DNA of 64,000 bases from an uncultured Ruminiclostridium sp. (lineage in GTDB: Bacteria; Bacillota; Clostridia; Oscillospirales; Ruminococcaceae), in NCBI GenBank assembly GCA_905235805.1, contig CAJOMV010000084.1, forward strand, positions 5,354-69,353, written 5' to 3'. Shown here one piece after another: positions 30,935 to 40,916 of the stretch; the first letter of the stretch is position 1; each line of letters begins with the position of its first letter. The notes below the pieces were generated by a model, which worked only from the letters and a program-made list of their open reading frames with translations, made no database searches and was not told where the DNA came from. The translations under genes were made by a program, and so were the position numbers.

Positions 30935-31978
30935 ATGGCAGTATTCACAGCAGACAACGAAGCCTTTGCCTACATGGGCAGGATAGATTTCACAGACCCG
31001 AAGGCACCGCTTCTCATTTATCCGGGCAGCAATATCCGTTTCACATTCGGCGGTACATCACTGAAAATAAAGGCAGAGAATATCCCGATGAGTGACAGAA
31101 TGTGGATAGGGGCGCTTATCGACGGGGTACAGCGGAAGATAGAGCTCACGAAGGAAGGGCAGGTGCAGGAAATAGTGCTTGCGGAAGGGCTTGCCGATAC
31201 CATGCACAGCTGCATGATATTCAAGCGTCAGGCTGCGGCGCATTATTTCAGGTTCCTCGGCGCGGAATGTGACGAAGTGAAGCCGGAGAACCACAGGTAT
31301 GATATGAAGCTCGAGTATTTCGGTGACAGCGTTTCCGCGGGTGAAGTGACCGAGGCGGTATACTATGAGGGAATGTGCGACCCCGAAAACCACGGCGGAC
31401 AGTACGACAACAGCTATTTCAGCTACACCTTCTCGGCGGCGCGCAAGCTGAATGCCGAGTTCCACAACAATTCCCAGGGCGGTCTTGCGCTCCTCGACCA
31501 CACGGGCTACTTCTACGGACCCGCAATAGAAACATTGACGGGGCTTGAAACAACATACGACAAGCTCAGCTATGTCCCCTACGCTCCGCAGGGTCTTACC
31601 CCATGGGAATTCAGCAGCTACACTCCCGACATTGTGGTCATAGCCATAGGGCAGAACGATGCCAACCCCAACCCCCACGCGGTATTCGACAAAGAATACA
31701 CGGAGAAGTGGAAGGCAAAGTACAAGGAGATACTTCTCGACCTCAAATCCCGCTATAAGACCGCAAAATTCGTGATAATCACCACAGTTCTCAAGCACGA
31801 GCGCAAATGGGAGTATATCCTCGACGAGCTCACCGCCGAGCTTGCCGACCCCGATGTCACCCGCTTCCGTTTTACCCGCGCAGGCACCGCCACCGACGGT
31901 CATCCCCGCATCACCGAGCAGGAGGAAATGGCGCTGGAGCTGGCTGAGTATCTGCGTACCGTCGCCTCGCGGCGATAA
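30935..31978 (+). CDS. SGNH hydrolase, carbohydrate esterase family 2-like
   Basis: N-terminal YMGRID beta-domain, GDSVSAG, GQND, DGHP; no signal peptide. Confidence 0.78.
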   Translation: MAVFTADNEAFAYMGRIDFTDPKAPLLIYPGSNIRFTFGGTSLKIKAENIPMSDRMWIGALIDGVQRKIELTKEGQVQEIVLAEGLADTMHSCMIFKRQAAAHYFRFLGAECDEVKPENHRYDMKLEYFGDSVSAGEVTEAVYYEGMCDPENHGGQYDNSYFSYTFSAARKLNAEFHNNSQGGLALLDHTGYFYGPAIETLTGLETTYDKLSYVPYAPQGLTPWEFSSYTPDIVVIAIGQNDANPNPHAVFDKEYTEKWKAKYKEILLDLKSRYKTAKFVIITTVLKHERKWEYILDELTAELADPDVTRFRFTRAGTATDGHPRITEQEEMALELAEYLRTVASRR

Positions 31979-32099
31979 GGTCGCTGACGCTCGAGACAGC
32001 GCTGGCGCGCTCGGGTCGCTTACGCTCGAGTTCTTGGGGGAGGGAACCTTTCTGAAGAAAGGTTCCCCTCCCCCAACCCCCCTCCTTCCAAAGACTTTT
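31979..32099. repeat. REP-like element copy 2 fused to a large palindrome
   Basis: 31979-32032 homologous to 1805-1858; followed by ttgggggagggaacctttct-ga-agaaaggttcccctcccccaa hairpin. Confidence 0.7.
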
Positions 32100-32171
32100 A
32101 ATTACTTCGTGATAAATCGGGGCTGTCTCTGCTATATTTTTTGTGCAAAACAGAGAAAGTGTTAAAATGAG

Positions 32172-32201
32172 CGTAACGTAATAGGAGCTTATTGCGTTTA
32201 T
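32172..32201 (+). promoter_or_regulatory. Candidate ECF-type promoter
   Basis: CGTAAC-N17-CGTTTAT, same geometry as the four promoters of the ECF array. Confidence 0.55.
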
Positions 32202-32235
32202 ATATATAGAAAAATAAAATCGGAGGAAATTGAAA

Positions 32236-34602
32236 ATGAAAAGGAATAAGATTCTATGCTTGTCACTCTGCGCCGCATTGCTCCTGTCGGGCTGTGCGAA
32301 CGGTGCGAATACCGCCGCCCCCGATACCGAGTCCGCGCCCCTGCTGGTCGATGCCGAGCCGCCCGCAAAAACTAAGCAGGTGACTACAACGACCGGCGCG
32401 GTCGCAGAGGCTCTCGACGGTGAAGAGGACGCAAAGCCCTCCCAGCTCGCGGACGACAACGGGCTCGTGACCAACATCAGGACACTCCCGTACAATCAGT
32501 TCATTCGTAAGCCGATTGAGGTCGAGAACCGCGATTGGCTGAATATGGAGGACGAGGACTGGTGTTTTATGGAGGGAGAAGCTCCCGACAACGACGGGTA
32601 TGTATATTTTGACGGCGAGTGGAAGAGCTATTCGTCAAACGGCAACCGCTTCCATGCAAAAGCGCGCTGTTCCGGCGGGGCAATGTCCGCGGAGTGCGAT
32701 GACAGGTTCAGAGAGCAGGTCGCTTCCTCGGCAGAAGCATTTCCCTACGGCTCCGACAGCACCGGCGTATTTGAAATGATACCCACCTCCATACACGTTA
32801 CGGGAGTCGATAACGAGCATGTGTATGCCGATGAGGTGAAGTACGGCTACAAGACAGCGTGCTACGATGATTTCTTTGTGGTGAACGCCTTTGTCCGCCG
32901 TGCGAAGGATACCACGCTGAAATACTACGACGACTACGATTATTATGAGGTGATAATCGACCCCGCGTTCATGAAGGAACTGCGCCTTCCGATGTTGGAG
33001 ACAGACCCGGAGAAGATGAAGTTTACCGTGAACGGAAAGGAATTCTACGCAGACACGGTGCACGGTTATCCTGTCCGCGTGAGCTACATAGACAATAAAG
33101 AGCTTTTCAAGGGTTTCCAGAGCGAGGATTTCATCTACGCTAAGGTCGCGCTAATGGACTTATCCTTCACCTACGATAACAACAACGGCGCACTGTTAAA
33201 CGGCAGCATAATGTCGATAGAGAAGATAACCGACGACACCGACGCGGTGATCGACGGAGACACTCTCCCGGTACCGGAGGAGCAGGCGGGAATTGCGGCG
33301 GCAATGTTGGCAGCGAAGGACGAGATGATAACGGAAAATACGATATCCTTCGAGCTTGTTGATCTCGATTTCGACGGCACTCCCGAAGTCCTTGCCCTTG
33401 ACGGCGAGCCGAGATATATGGAAGGCCCCGACGCCACCGCGACACTCCGCATATTCCGCTATAACGGCTCGGCAATGGAGCTGATAGGGGAGACGGAGAC
33501 GGGCGACTACGGCTCCTTCTGGCTTGATGAATGTACCTACATTCCGACAAACGAGCACGGCTGGCACCTGATGAATTTCAAAGAGCACGACTTCCTCACG
33601 GTAAAGGACGGACAGCTGAAAATAAACCGCATCACCGAACAGAGAGGTACCGGCGAGGTCAATGAGTACGGGTATTACGATCAATACGACTGTTACTATC
33701 GCGGTGAAAAGATAGTCGTTGAGCCTTACGAGGCGTACAATCCGCTTATGGGCAGGACGGAGACCTACTACAAGTGGGTAAGTGACAATTCCCTCGGCTA
33801 TTCGGTAATGGGCGATTCCGACTACAGCGTGTACTATATGCTGTGGGAAAATCTGAACGACGATTTCAGGCAGATACGGCGCGTAAGCCTCGACCCGAAG
33901 CAGAATTTCTGGAATGGCGCCGACTGGGACGCGAACCGCTTCGGACATTACTACGCTCCCTCCGCGCAGTTTCCTTATGACCTGCTGAATGTGTTCTTTA
34001 CGAGCTCGGAAGAAGCGGAGTTTGAGAAATTCTACGGACTGTCTTACGAGGGCGCGAAGGAAAAGCCTGTCATCTATCTCTATCCCGAGGAGCAGACGGA
34101 AGTCTCCGTGAAGGTGAACTTCCCCTACGGCGGCGAGCTTACCTGCACATATCCGGAGTACAACGACGGCTGGAATGTGACGGCAATGCCCGACGGCACA
34201 CTGTACGACGCGAACGGCGACGAGTACTACTGTCTCTACTGGGAAGGGCAGAGCAGGGACGTCATGACCAGCGGCGAGGGCTTCTGCGTTGCGGGGAAGG
34301 ACACAGCCGCATTCCTCCGCGAGAAGCTGCTTTACATCGGGCTCACTCCCCGCGAGGCGAACGAGTTCATTATCTACTGGCTCCCGCGTATGCAGGACAA
34401 TCCCTACAACATCATCACCCTCCACACCGCGGATTATGCCGCGTCCGTCCCGCTGTCCGTATCTCCTTCGCCCGACACGCAGATACGCGTGTTCATGACG
34501 TTCACCCCGAGCGGTGAGCTTGTGGATATCCCCGCGCAGGAACTTTCGCATTATGAAAGAAACGGCTTCACTCTTGTCGAGTGGGGCGGCACGGAAAAGT
34601 AA
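32236..34602 (+). CDS. Large lipoprotein with C-terminal KPVIYLYPE...VEWGG domain
   Basis: Lipobox LSGC; DLDFDGTPE loop; C-terminal KPVIYLYPE, YLYWEG-like, EFIIYW and VEWGG motifs. Confidence 0.8.
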   Translation: MKRNKILCLSLCAALLLSGCANGANTAAPDTESAPLLVDAEPPAKTKQVTTTTGAVAEALDGEEDAKPSQLADDNGLVTNIRTLPYNQFIRKPIEVENRDWLNMEDEDWCFMEGEAPDNDGYVYFDGEWKSYSSNGNRFHAKARCSGGAMSAECDDRFREQVASSAEAFPYGSDSTGVFEMIPTSIHVTGVDNEHVYADEVKYGYKTACYDDFFVVNAFVRRAKDTTLKYYDDYDYYEVIIDPAFMKELRLPMLETDPEKMKFTVNGKEFYADTVHGYPVRVSYIDNKELFKGFQSEDFIYAKVALMDLSFTYDNNNGALLNGSIMSIEKITDDTDAVIDGDTLPVPEEQAGIAAAMLAAKDEMITENTISFELVDLDFDGTPEVLALDGEPRYMEGPDATATLRIFRYNGSAMELIGETETGDYGSFWLDECTYIPTNEHGWHLMNFKEHDFLTVKDGQLKINRITEQRGTGEVNEYGYYDQYDCYYRGEKIVVEPYEAYNPLMGRTETYYKWVSDNSLGYSVMGDSDYSVYYMLWENLNDDFRQIRRVSLDPKQNFWNGADWDANRFGHYYAPSAQFPYDLLNVFFTSSEEAEFEKFYGLSYEGAKEKPVIYLYPEEQTEVSVKVNFPYGGELTCTYPEYNDGWNVTAMPDGTLYDANGDEYYCLYWEGQSRDVMTSGEGFCVAGKDTAAFLREKLLYIGLTPREANEFIIYWLPRMQDNPYNIITLHTADYAASVPLSVSPSPDTQIRVFMTFTPSGELVDIPAQELSHYERNGFTLVEWGGTEK

Positions 34603-34631
34603 AAAAACTCCCCCGTGAGGGGGAGTTTTTG
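34601..34631. terminator. Bidirectional terminator
   Basis: aaaaactcccc-cgtga-ggggagttttt. Confidence 0.85.
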
Positions 34632-36221
34632 TTATACTATCCTGCTATCGTTGAACCATATCTCCGTCACGTCATCGGGGGATATGCTTTCCGGCAGTGC
34701 GCAGTGAATGAAAGTCCTGCCGCTTGCGACCGGCTGACCGAGTGAGTTATAGCTGCTCGTTAATGTCATCTCGGAGCCGTCCGCGAACACGAGCTTTATG
34801 TCGAGACCGCCGAGGTCACGGAAAACAGTGTTCGCAGGCTCATACGAGAAATCAGTATAGGGTATCTCGGAGATGACCGCGGAAAATTCCCTCTCGGAGA
34901 ACCTGATGATATCGACAGGGTAGAGGTTGCCGAGGGAATCGGGGACTGTGGAATTATCAGGTATGATAGTACGGATATCCGCGTCCTCCGGTACATAAGC
35001 GGTGAAGGTGAAAGCTTCGCCCGGTATCTGCGGGTGATTTGCTCCGCGTGTCAGCGGGAATGCCGTAAGAGTAACGGTTATTTCGTCCGCTGGCTCATAG
35101 CGGTGGAAATTCCACACTGTGGACAGTCTGTATGTTTCCTCGGGCTGATGCAACACACCGCCGGACAGGATACCGACATTCTCTTCGTCAATGCTCTCGC
35201 TCAGCGGCAGTATAGAGTCACGCTCGTCATCAAACGCACCGATGAAGTCCGTCGAGATATACCCGCTGTCCTCGTCGAGCAGTATGTCATACGCGAGCCG
35301 CAGATTTATACCGTCAAATGTATAACCTGTGATGTGTACCCGGTAGCCGTCGCAGCTGAACCACTCGTCAGCCTTCGTATAGAGGTCGGAGGAACGGATA
35401 TCCAAAATTGTCATGTGTCTGATGAACTCGTCTATCGCCTCGCCCCAGATACGCACAAGTCCGACGGAGATGTTGCGCACATCGGAGATACTGATATGCT
35501 CCGGCAGGTCTGCAATTACAATGAAGTCCCCGTCAATACTGAATCCCGAATCGGTGACCTCGGCGAAAACGGAGTCTCCCTCCCACATCTCAAGCTCAAC
35601 AGGCGCGGTGGCGGCGGCATTCACAAGCTCCGTATTGTCCGGGGTGAGCGCGGGATCCCTATACCGCAGTATTATCTGTGTCCCGGTGAATATCATTTCC
35701 TCGATATGTGCTTTATATTTCAGCTTTTTGGTCTCTTCGTCCAGTGTGAACGTAACTTCCGTCATTTTGTCAAAGGCAAAGTTATAGTTGAACTTGCCGC
35801 TGTCGGTGACCGCAGATAGCTTTGCGGTGATACCGCCCGCAGTCTCCTCCTCGGGGACGGTTTCGGTGATATCCTCGGTGACCGCCTCCGTCACGATATC
35901 CTCGGCAGCCGAGTACGCGGCACCGCCGCCCTCCTTCAGCGGTGTGAATTCTATCCCGCCGCCGTAAGCGTTCCCCGCGAAGAAGCCTATGCCGAGAGCC
36001 GCGGCAATTCCCGCAGCTATCCCGCCTATCAGCGGAGCACGGCTGCCCTTGTGTGCAGTCCCGCCTGTGGGAAGCTCCCTCGCGTCCAGTCTTGTTACAT
36101 TTTCGTTTTTCATTTTTTCCGCCTTTCCCAGTATCTTTGACATTGCTGTCTGTGTGTCGGAAAAGGGGTATTTTTCGTATGCGTCCGAATATGCTCTGTC
36201 AAATATTTCCTTGATATCCAT
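34632..36221 (-). CDS. Putative anti-sigma factor A1 (single TM, large ectodomain)
   Basis: Overlaps 3' end of ECF gene; short N-terminal domain, TM (APLIGGIAAGIAAALGIGFF), about 430-aa C-terminal region; paralog of 40917-43235. Confidence 0.75.
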   Translation of the reverse strand: MDIKEIFDRAYSDAYEKYPFSDTQTAMSKILGKAEKMKNENVTRLDARELPTGGTAHKGSRAPLIGGIAAGIAAALGIGFFAGNAYGGGIEFTPLKEGGGAAYSAAEDIVTEAVTEDITETVPEEETAGGITAKLSAVTDSGKFNYNFAFDKMTEVTFTLDEETKKLKYKAHIEEMIFTGTQIILRYRDPALTPDNTELVNAAATAPVELEMWEGDSVFAEVTDSGFSIDGDFIVIADLPEHISISDVRNISVGLVRIWGEAIDEFIRHMTILDIRSSDLYTKADEWFSCDGYRVHITGYTFDGINLRLAYDILLDEDSGYISTDFIGAFDDERDSILPLSESIDEENVGILSGGVLHQPEETYRLSTVWNFHRYEPADEITVTLTAFPLTRGANHPQIPGEAFTFTAYVPEDADIRTIIPDNSTVPDSLGNLYPVDIIRFSEREFSAVISEIPYTDFSYEPANTVFRDLGGLDIKLVFADGSEMTLTSSYNSLGQPVASGRTFIHCALPESISPDDVTEIWFNDSRIV

Positions 36222-36708
36222 TTTCTTCTCTCTCCTTGTCTGTAAGAAGTGCACGGAGCTGTTCACGTCCCCGCATGAGCCTTGACCGCACCGAGGAGCC
36301 GCTTATCCCGAGTATCTTCGCAAGCTCCTCCACCGTATATCCCTCGCAGTAATGCATATACATCGCTATGCGTATCTTCGGGCGCAGCTTTCCGAGCAGC
36401 GCGAGTATCTCGCCGTCCTCACCGCCGTAGCTGTCCGAGCACTGCTTGTCCGCAGCGCTCTCCAGCGGAAGCGAATATCTGTACCAGTGCGACTTGAGCA
36501 CGTCCGCGCTCCTGTTTATCGCGCATCGCAGCAGCCATGCCTTCGCGTGCTCATCGCTTACAAAGCTGTTCCCGCCCGTGTAGAGCTTTAAGAACACCTC
36601 CTGTGCCACGTCGTCCGCGTCCGCGGCATTTTTCAGGCAGCAGAACGCCGCCGTGCATACCGCCTTGTAGTACATTCTCACATACCGTTCAAGCTCGTCC
36701 TCCGTCAT
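36199..36708 (-). CDS. ECF sigma factor A1
   Basis: DADDVAQEVFLKL, AWLLRCAIN (region 2), HYCEGYTVEELAKILG...VRSRLMRGR (region 4). Confidence 0.93.
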   Translation of the reverse strand: MTEDELERYVRMYYKAVCTAAFCCLKNAADADDVAQEVFLKLYTGGNSFVSDEHAKAWLLRCAINRSADVLKSHWYRYSLPLESAADKQCSDSYGGEDGEILALLGKLRPKIRIAMYMHYCEGYTVEELAKILGISGSSVRSRLMRGREQLRALLTDKEREENGYQGNI

Positions 36709-36754
36709 CGGCTCACCCCCTTTTCTGTGTTGTCGGAAAAGCGCTTTTCACTTA

Positions 36755-36784
36755 TAATACGATTCGGAAAGGAAAAGTGTTGCA
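36755..36784 (-). promoter_or_regulatory. ECF-type (likely autoregulatory) promoter A1
   Basis: TGCAAC-N17-CGTATTA on minus strand. Confidence 0.75.
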
Positions 36785-36848
36785 TTTTTTTCATTATAAC
36801 ATAAAAAAAGATTTTTTGCACATAATATCAACGAAAGGACTGATAAAA

Positions 36849-37283
36849 ATGCTTGGAAAGAATGATATCGAAATTCTCAACACCATATACAAGAACAGCC
36901 GAATGGCATACGACTGCACGAAGCAGGTAGTGGCGAAAAGCGCGGACGCAGAGCTGAACGATTATCTGAAGCGGCAGATGAAGCACTACGCCCGCAGCTG
37001 TATCGACGTGAAGAACACCCTCGCTAAGGAGGGTCACACCCCGCAGCCCGTCCCCGCTATGCAGTCTGCAATGGCGGCAATGGGCATATCCATGAAAACT
37101 ATGCGCGACCATACCGCGGGCAATATAGCGGAGCTGATGTACAACGGCACGAACATGGGCATAGTGGATATCGCACGTTCGGTGAACCACAGCAGAAACG
37201 CCTCGCAGGACACCGTCCGCAATGCCGAGACCCTGCTCAGCGAGGAAGAAAAGTACGCCGACGGCTTGAAGAAATTCCTGTAA
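36849..37283 (+). CDS. Hypothetical helical protein (possibly sporulation-related)
   Basis: GAAAGG SD before MLGKND; IAELMYNGTNMG motif; possible sigma-E-like CATAATAT upstream. Confidence 0.7.
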   Translation: MLGKNDIEILNTIYKNSRMAYDCTKQVVAKSADAELNDYLKRQMKHYARSCIDVKNTLAKEGHTPQPVPAMQSAMAAMGISMKTMRDHTAGNIAELMYNGTNMGIVDIARSVNHSRNASQDTVRNAETLLSEEEKYADGLKKFL

Positions 37284-37286
37284 ACG

Positions 37287-37321
37287 AAAAGCAGTCCCGG
37301 GTTTTCCGGAACTGCTTTTTT
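37287..37321. terminator. Bidirectional terminator
   Basis: aaaagcagtcccgg...ccggaactgctttt. Confidence 0.75.
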
Positions 37322-37326
37322 CTGTA

Positions 37327-40176
37327 TCAGAACGGGTCGTATGTGGGAATATCTCCGAGGTCAATAGGATTGCTGGTGATCGTCAGTCTGTCCTCGGGAA
37401 TATCGATCTGGTTATACTGCGCGTATTCGCGGATATAGTCGGCGTATTCCTCTCTGTCGGTGAGAACAAGGAATTTCGCGTTCGGCTCGGTGGAGCCGGG
37501 AGTTTTCAGCTTATCCCATATCACATATATACTGTCTATCTTGTAATAGACCTCGCCGCCTGTATCGTTGTGGTACATGGTCGTCTCGCGCCTGTCCCTG
37601 AAATAGGTTACGATATTGCGCACCGCTGTGAGCTGCGGCTCCTTTGTGAGTATTCTTACCAAAGAGCCGTCCGGGTAGGGTTCTCCGTTGGCATTGAGGA
37701 TATATTCGATAATAATATCGTCGGTTATCTTCCAGTAGATGCTCCACCGGTTCCCGAGCTTCACATAGTCGAGAATGCTGTCGTAGGCGGTGAGCGTCTC
37801 AAAGCTGAAACCGTTTGACGCCGCGGTTCTTGCCTCCTTACGGAATTTTTCCGCAGCGTCGCCCGCGCCTAGCTCCTTCAGTCTGTCGGCTATCGTGTCG
37901 TATTCGGTGAAGAGGTTGTATGTCTCCGTGCCGGAATATACGCCGCAGTCAAAGGCTACATTGTATATATCGACCTGTGAGGTGTTCTCGTAAGCAAGCG
38001 CGCCCTCCCCGAGGTCTCTGAGTTCTGTCACAGGGAGCCAGTCTGCCTTTTCCTGCTCCGGTGTAACGAGCCTGTACAGCCCCTCCGCTCCGGGGACTTC
38101 CTCTGTTATAGCCGACTTTATTTTGTCAAGCTTACCGTCGTTGATTATTTTCAGATATTCCTCGTCGGTATCGAAATCCTTTGTCATTACTGCCATAACG
38201 TGCGGGAAATAGCGTGTTTCATCATAAGGTGTGTTTGTGCTCCTGTGTCTGTCCCAAAGCAGTTCGATGATCTTACGGAACTTGGTATGCGTTGCGTCGA
38301 GCTTATAAACTCTGAATGATTTGCCGCTGTCGTATGTGCTGAGAACATAATTCTCGTTGAGGTAGTAGTATGTCCCGCGCAGCGGCTCATTGTCGAGGAA
38401 CCCGGCAGCCGTGACCTCGATCGCCCTCCCGGATATAAGCTTTTCGGGAATGAGCGCGTCCCCCTCGCAGTACTGCTTTATCACCTGACGGAAATAATCG
38501 TTATCGACATACATATCCTCGGTTTCTTTCAGGAATGTTTCCGCCGTTATATCAAAAGTCTCCATAGAGTACACGTTACCGCCTATGACGGCAAGGCTGT
38601 ACCACGGCGGATTTTCTCCGGGATTCGGGTCGTGCCTGTAAATTGACTGTGTCTGTATCTCGAAGGTCGCCGTGACAAGCTCGTTGTAGTTCGGTATCAC
38701 TGTGAGATCGTCCACGGTGAGGACGTCCTCGGGAGTACCGTCCTCGGCGGGGATTTCATAATAGGTTTCAGTGTCTATCAACGCATCGGGAGCCGCTATG
38801 AAGACCTCGCGGTTCACGAAGTCGAAGCACAGCATAGTTCCGTTTATGCTGTCTGTAAGGTCAAAGGGGTGGTTCTCAAGATAGAAGAGGGAATGGGAGA
38901 GCATAACGCCGCCGTCGGTATCAACGGCGTCTGTGGTCCCGGTAAACACGATTTCCAGCGGAGCAGCTATCGAGTCCGTGGGTCCCGCGTCCTCATCTAT
39001 AAGCCAGAACCGCGTGTCGAAGCCCTCCCCATAGGTGCCGTAGGCTGTCCTGATGACGCGGTATTCCTTGTCATCTTTGCGGATGGTGTACAGACCGAAG
39101 TAATCGTCGAGCCTGTCTGCGCGGAAGGAGTGGATATACAGGTGACCATTATTATCGCCTATATCGATATCCGGGTGACGGTTCACGGGAATGTCAGAAT
39201 ATATCCTTGTACCGCCCGGTTCCGGTATCACTACATTGAGGGAGCCATACATAATGTCCGGGTCGTCCCTGTCCTTCATCAGGTACTTGCCGATCAGATA
39301 GATGTCGAGGCTGGCGTCACCGTAGGGTACGGACAGCTTTTTGAAATACGCCCAGTCCAGCCGTGTGTGCACTTCGTCACCGGGGTCGTAGTAAGGAATG
39401 ATACCCTGTTCATCATATTCGTCGTAGTCTTTCAGTGTCCCGACACCCTCGCTCTGCATTTCCCCTACGATATAGGACGGGTACGGCAAAGTCTCCGCCG
39501 GCTGCGTGTCCGATATACCGAGCAGCCGTTCTATCTCCGTGACATCTTCCTGCGAGAGAACATACTCGAATTCCATGACGAACACGGCTACATCGGGCTC
39601 CTTCTTCCTGTACCAGTCGAGTATCGTCCGCATGGATTCCGTGCTTATCTCCGGCTGAGCAAGTATCTCGTCGTGCTCCTTATACCTGTCGGTGCCGCTC
39701 ATGAGACGGAATTTCCAGAACCCGGACGGGTCCTTCGACGGGTATACCTCCAGCCCCTTGAATGTCGAGCACTCAAAGTATTCGGGGTACTTATCCTGCA
39801 GGTAATAGGAATTTGTGTCTTTCCCGAGGTCGTAGGTGGAAGTGACCGCGGGAGTTACGGCTTCGGAAGGTGTCGTGCCGGTACCGGTGGCATTTCCTCC
39901 GGTCTCTATCTTTCCCGCGCCGAGCTTGTTTATCACGAGTGCCGCCGCGGTTATCATCAGCGCCGCAGCAAGCCCCGACAGCACCGCCATGTGCACTGGA
40001 AACTTCTTCTTTTCCGGCTTCGGCACGGGCTTCACCTCATATGCGCCGCCCTGCTGCGCTGTTATCAGGTCATCTATGAGCAGGGAGGGCTCTTTATCGC
40101 TGCTCATGGAATTTTCTATATACTTTTCGTTGACCTTTCCGATAGCGTCCAGTAATATGTCCTTCTTATCCTTCAC
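37327..40176 (-). CDS. Putative anti-sigma factor B1 (single TM, about 860-aa ectodomain)
   Basis: GTG start overlaps sigma TGA; N-terminal LLDAIGKVNEKYI, one TM, homology to 43856-46105. Confidence 0.75.
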   Translation of the reverse strand: MKDKKDILLDAIGKVNEKYIENSMSSDKEPSLLIDDLITAQQGGAYEVKPVPKPEKKKFPVHMAVLSGLAAALMITAAALVINKLGAGKIETGGNATGTGTTPSEAVTPAVTSTYDLGKDTNSYYLQDKYPEYFECSTFKGLEVYPSKDPSGFWKFRLMSGTDRYKEHDEILAQPEISTESMRTILDWYRKKEPDVAVFVMEFEYVLSQEDVTEIERLLGISDTQPAETLPYPSYIVGEMQSEGVGTLKDYDEYDEQGIIPYYDPGDEVHTRLDWAYFKKLSVPYGDASLDIYLIGKYLMKDRDDPDIMYGSLNVVIPEPGGTRIYSDIPVNRHPDIDIGDNNGHLYIHSFRADRLDDYFGLYTIRKDDKEYRVIRTAYGTYGEGFDTRFWLIDEDAGPTDSIAAPLEIVFTGTTDAVDTDGGVMLSHSLFYLENHPFDLTDSINGTMLCFDFVNREVFIAAPDALIDTETYYEIPAEDGTPEDVLTVDDLTVIPNYNELVTATFEIQTQSIYRHDPNPGENPPWYSLAVIGGNVYSMETFDITAETFLKETEDMYVDNDYFRQVIKQYCEGDALIPEKLISGRAIEVTAAGFLDNEPLRGTYYYLNENYVLSTYDSGKSFRVYKLDATHTKFRKIIELLWDRHRSTNTPYDETRYFPHVMAVMTKDFDTDEEYLKIINDGKLDKIKSAITEEVPGAEGLYRLVTPEQEKADWLPVTELRDLGEGALAYENTSQVDIYNVAFDCGVYSGTETYNLFTEYDTIADRLKELGAGDAAEKFRKEARTAASNGFSFETLTAYDSILDYVKLGNRWSIYWKITDDIIIEYILNANGEPYPDGSLVRILTKEPQLTAVRNIVTYFRDRRETTMYHNDTGGEVYYKIDSIYVIWDKLKTPGSTEPNAKFLVLTDREEYADYIREYAQYNQIDIPEDRLTITSNPIDLGDIPTYDPF

Positions 40177-40733
40177 AGCCCGATACCCTCCTTTTCCAGA
40201 TATTTTTTCAGCTTTTCACGTATCCTGTGCAGCGTGGTCTTGACCTTCTCCTCGCTTATCCCCATTTCCTCCGCTATCTCCGTGACGCTGCGGAAATGGT
40301 AATAGCGTTTCATGAACATCTTCTGTTTTTCCGCGCCGAGAGTGGCAAGAAATGCGTTGAGCGTCCGCACAAGCTCCCTGTCGTCGAATTCCTGCTCCAC
40401 CGTGGTATCGTCCGCGATACACTCCGCTATCTCGTCATAGATGACCTCTGCGTTTCCTCCGCCCCGTTTCATTGTAGTGTGTCCCCTCCTTCTGTTCAGC
40501 GCGATATTCCGCGCTATCGCTGACAGGAACGCTCCGAATTTCTTCGGGCGCTGCGGGGGTATGGTATTCCACACCTTCAGGTATGTATCGTTCACACATT
40601 CCTCGCTGTCCTCTCTGCTGCCGAGAATGCTGTATGTTATCCCTCTACAGTAGGAGCCGTACTTCTTGTCCGTCTCCGAAATGGCGTCCTCGGAACGCGC
40701 GAAATATTTATCTATTATCTCATTGTCCGTCAT
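40173..40733 (-). CDS. ECF sigma factor B1
   Basis: RSEDAISETDKKYG, EDSEECVNDTYLKVW, region 4 SVTEIAEEMG...VKTTLHRIR. Confidence 0.93.
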   Translation of the reverse strand: MTDNEIIDKYFARSEDAISETDKKYGSYCRGITYSILGSREDSEECVNDTYLKVWNTIPPQRPKKFGAFLSAIARNIALNRRRGHTTMKRGGGNAEVIYDEIAECIADDTTVEQEFDDRELVRTLNAFLATLGAEKQKMFMKRYYHFRSVTEIAEEMGISEEKVKTTLHRIREKLKKYLEKEGIGL

Positions 40734-40787
40734 TTTCTTCCACTCCCTGTTCAGGTTTTTTGCCCGGCAAATTATCCCTTTCACCTA

Positions 40788-40818
40788 TACAGACACCGGT
40801 TAACGCTCCGAGGTTACA
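40788..40818 (-). promoter_or_regulatory. ECF-type promoter B1
   Basis: TGTAAC-N17-TGTCTGTA on minus strand. Confidence 0.72.
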
Positions 40819-40871
40819 CTTTTTTCAAAAAAATTATAACATTTTTCGGCATACAATGCAATAACAAAATT

Positions 40872-40903
40872 TTCCCCCTTACAGAAAACTCCGTAAGGGG
40901 GAA
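40872..40903 (-). terminator. Intrinsic terminator
   Basis: ttcccccttac...gtaagggggaa after anti-sigma A2. Confidence 0.8.
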
Positions 40904-40916
40904 GCGGGATAAAATA

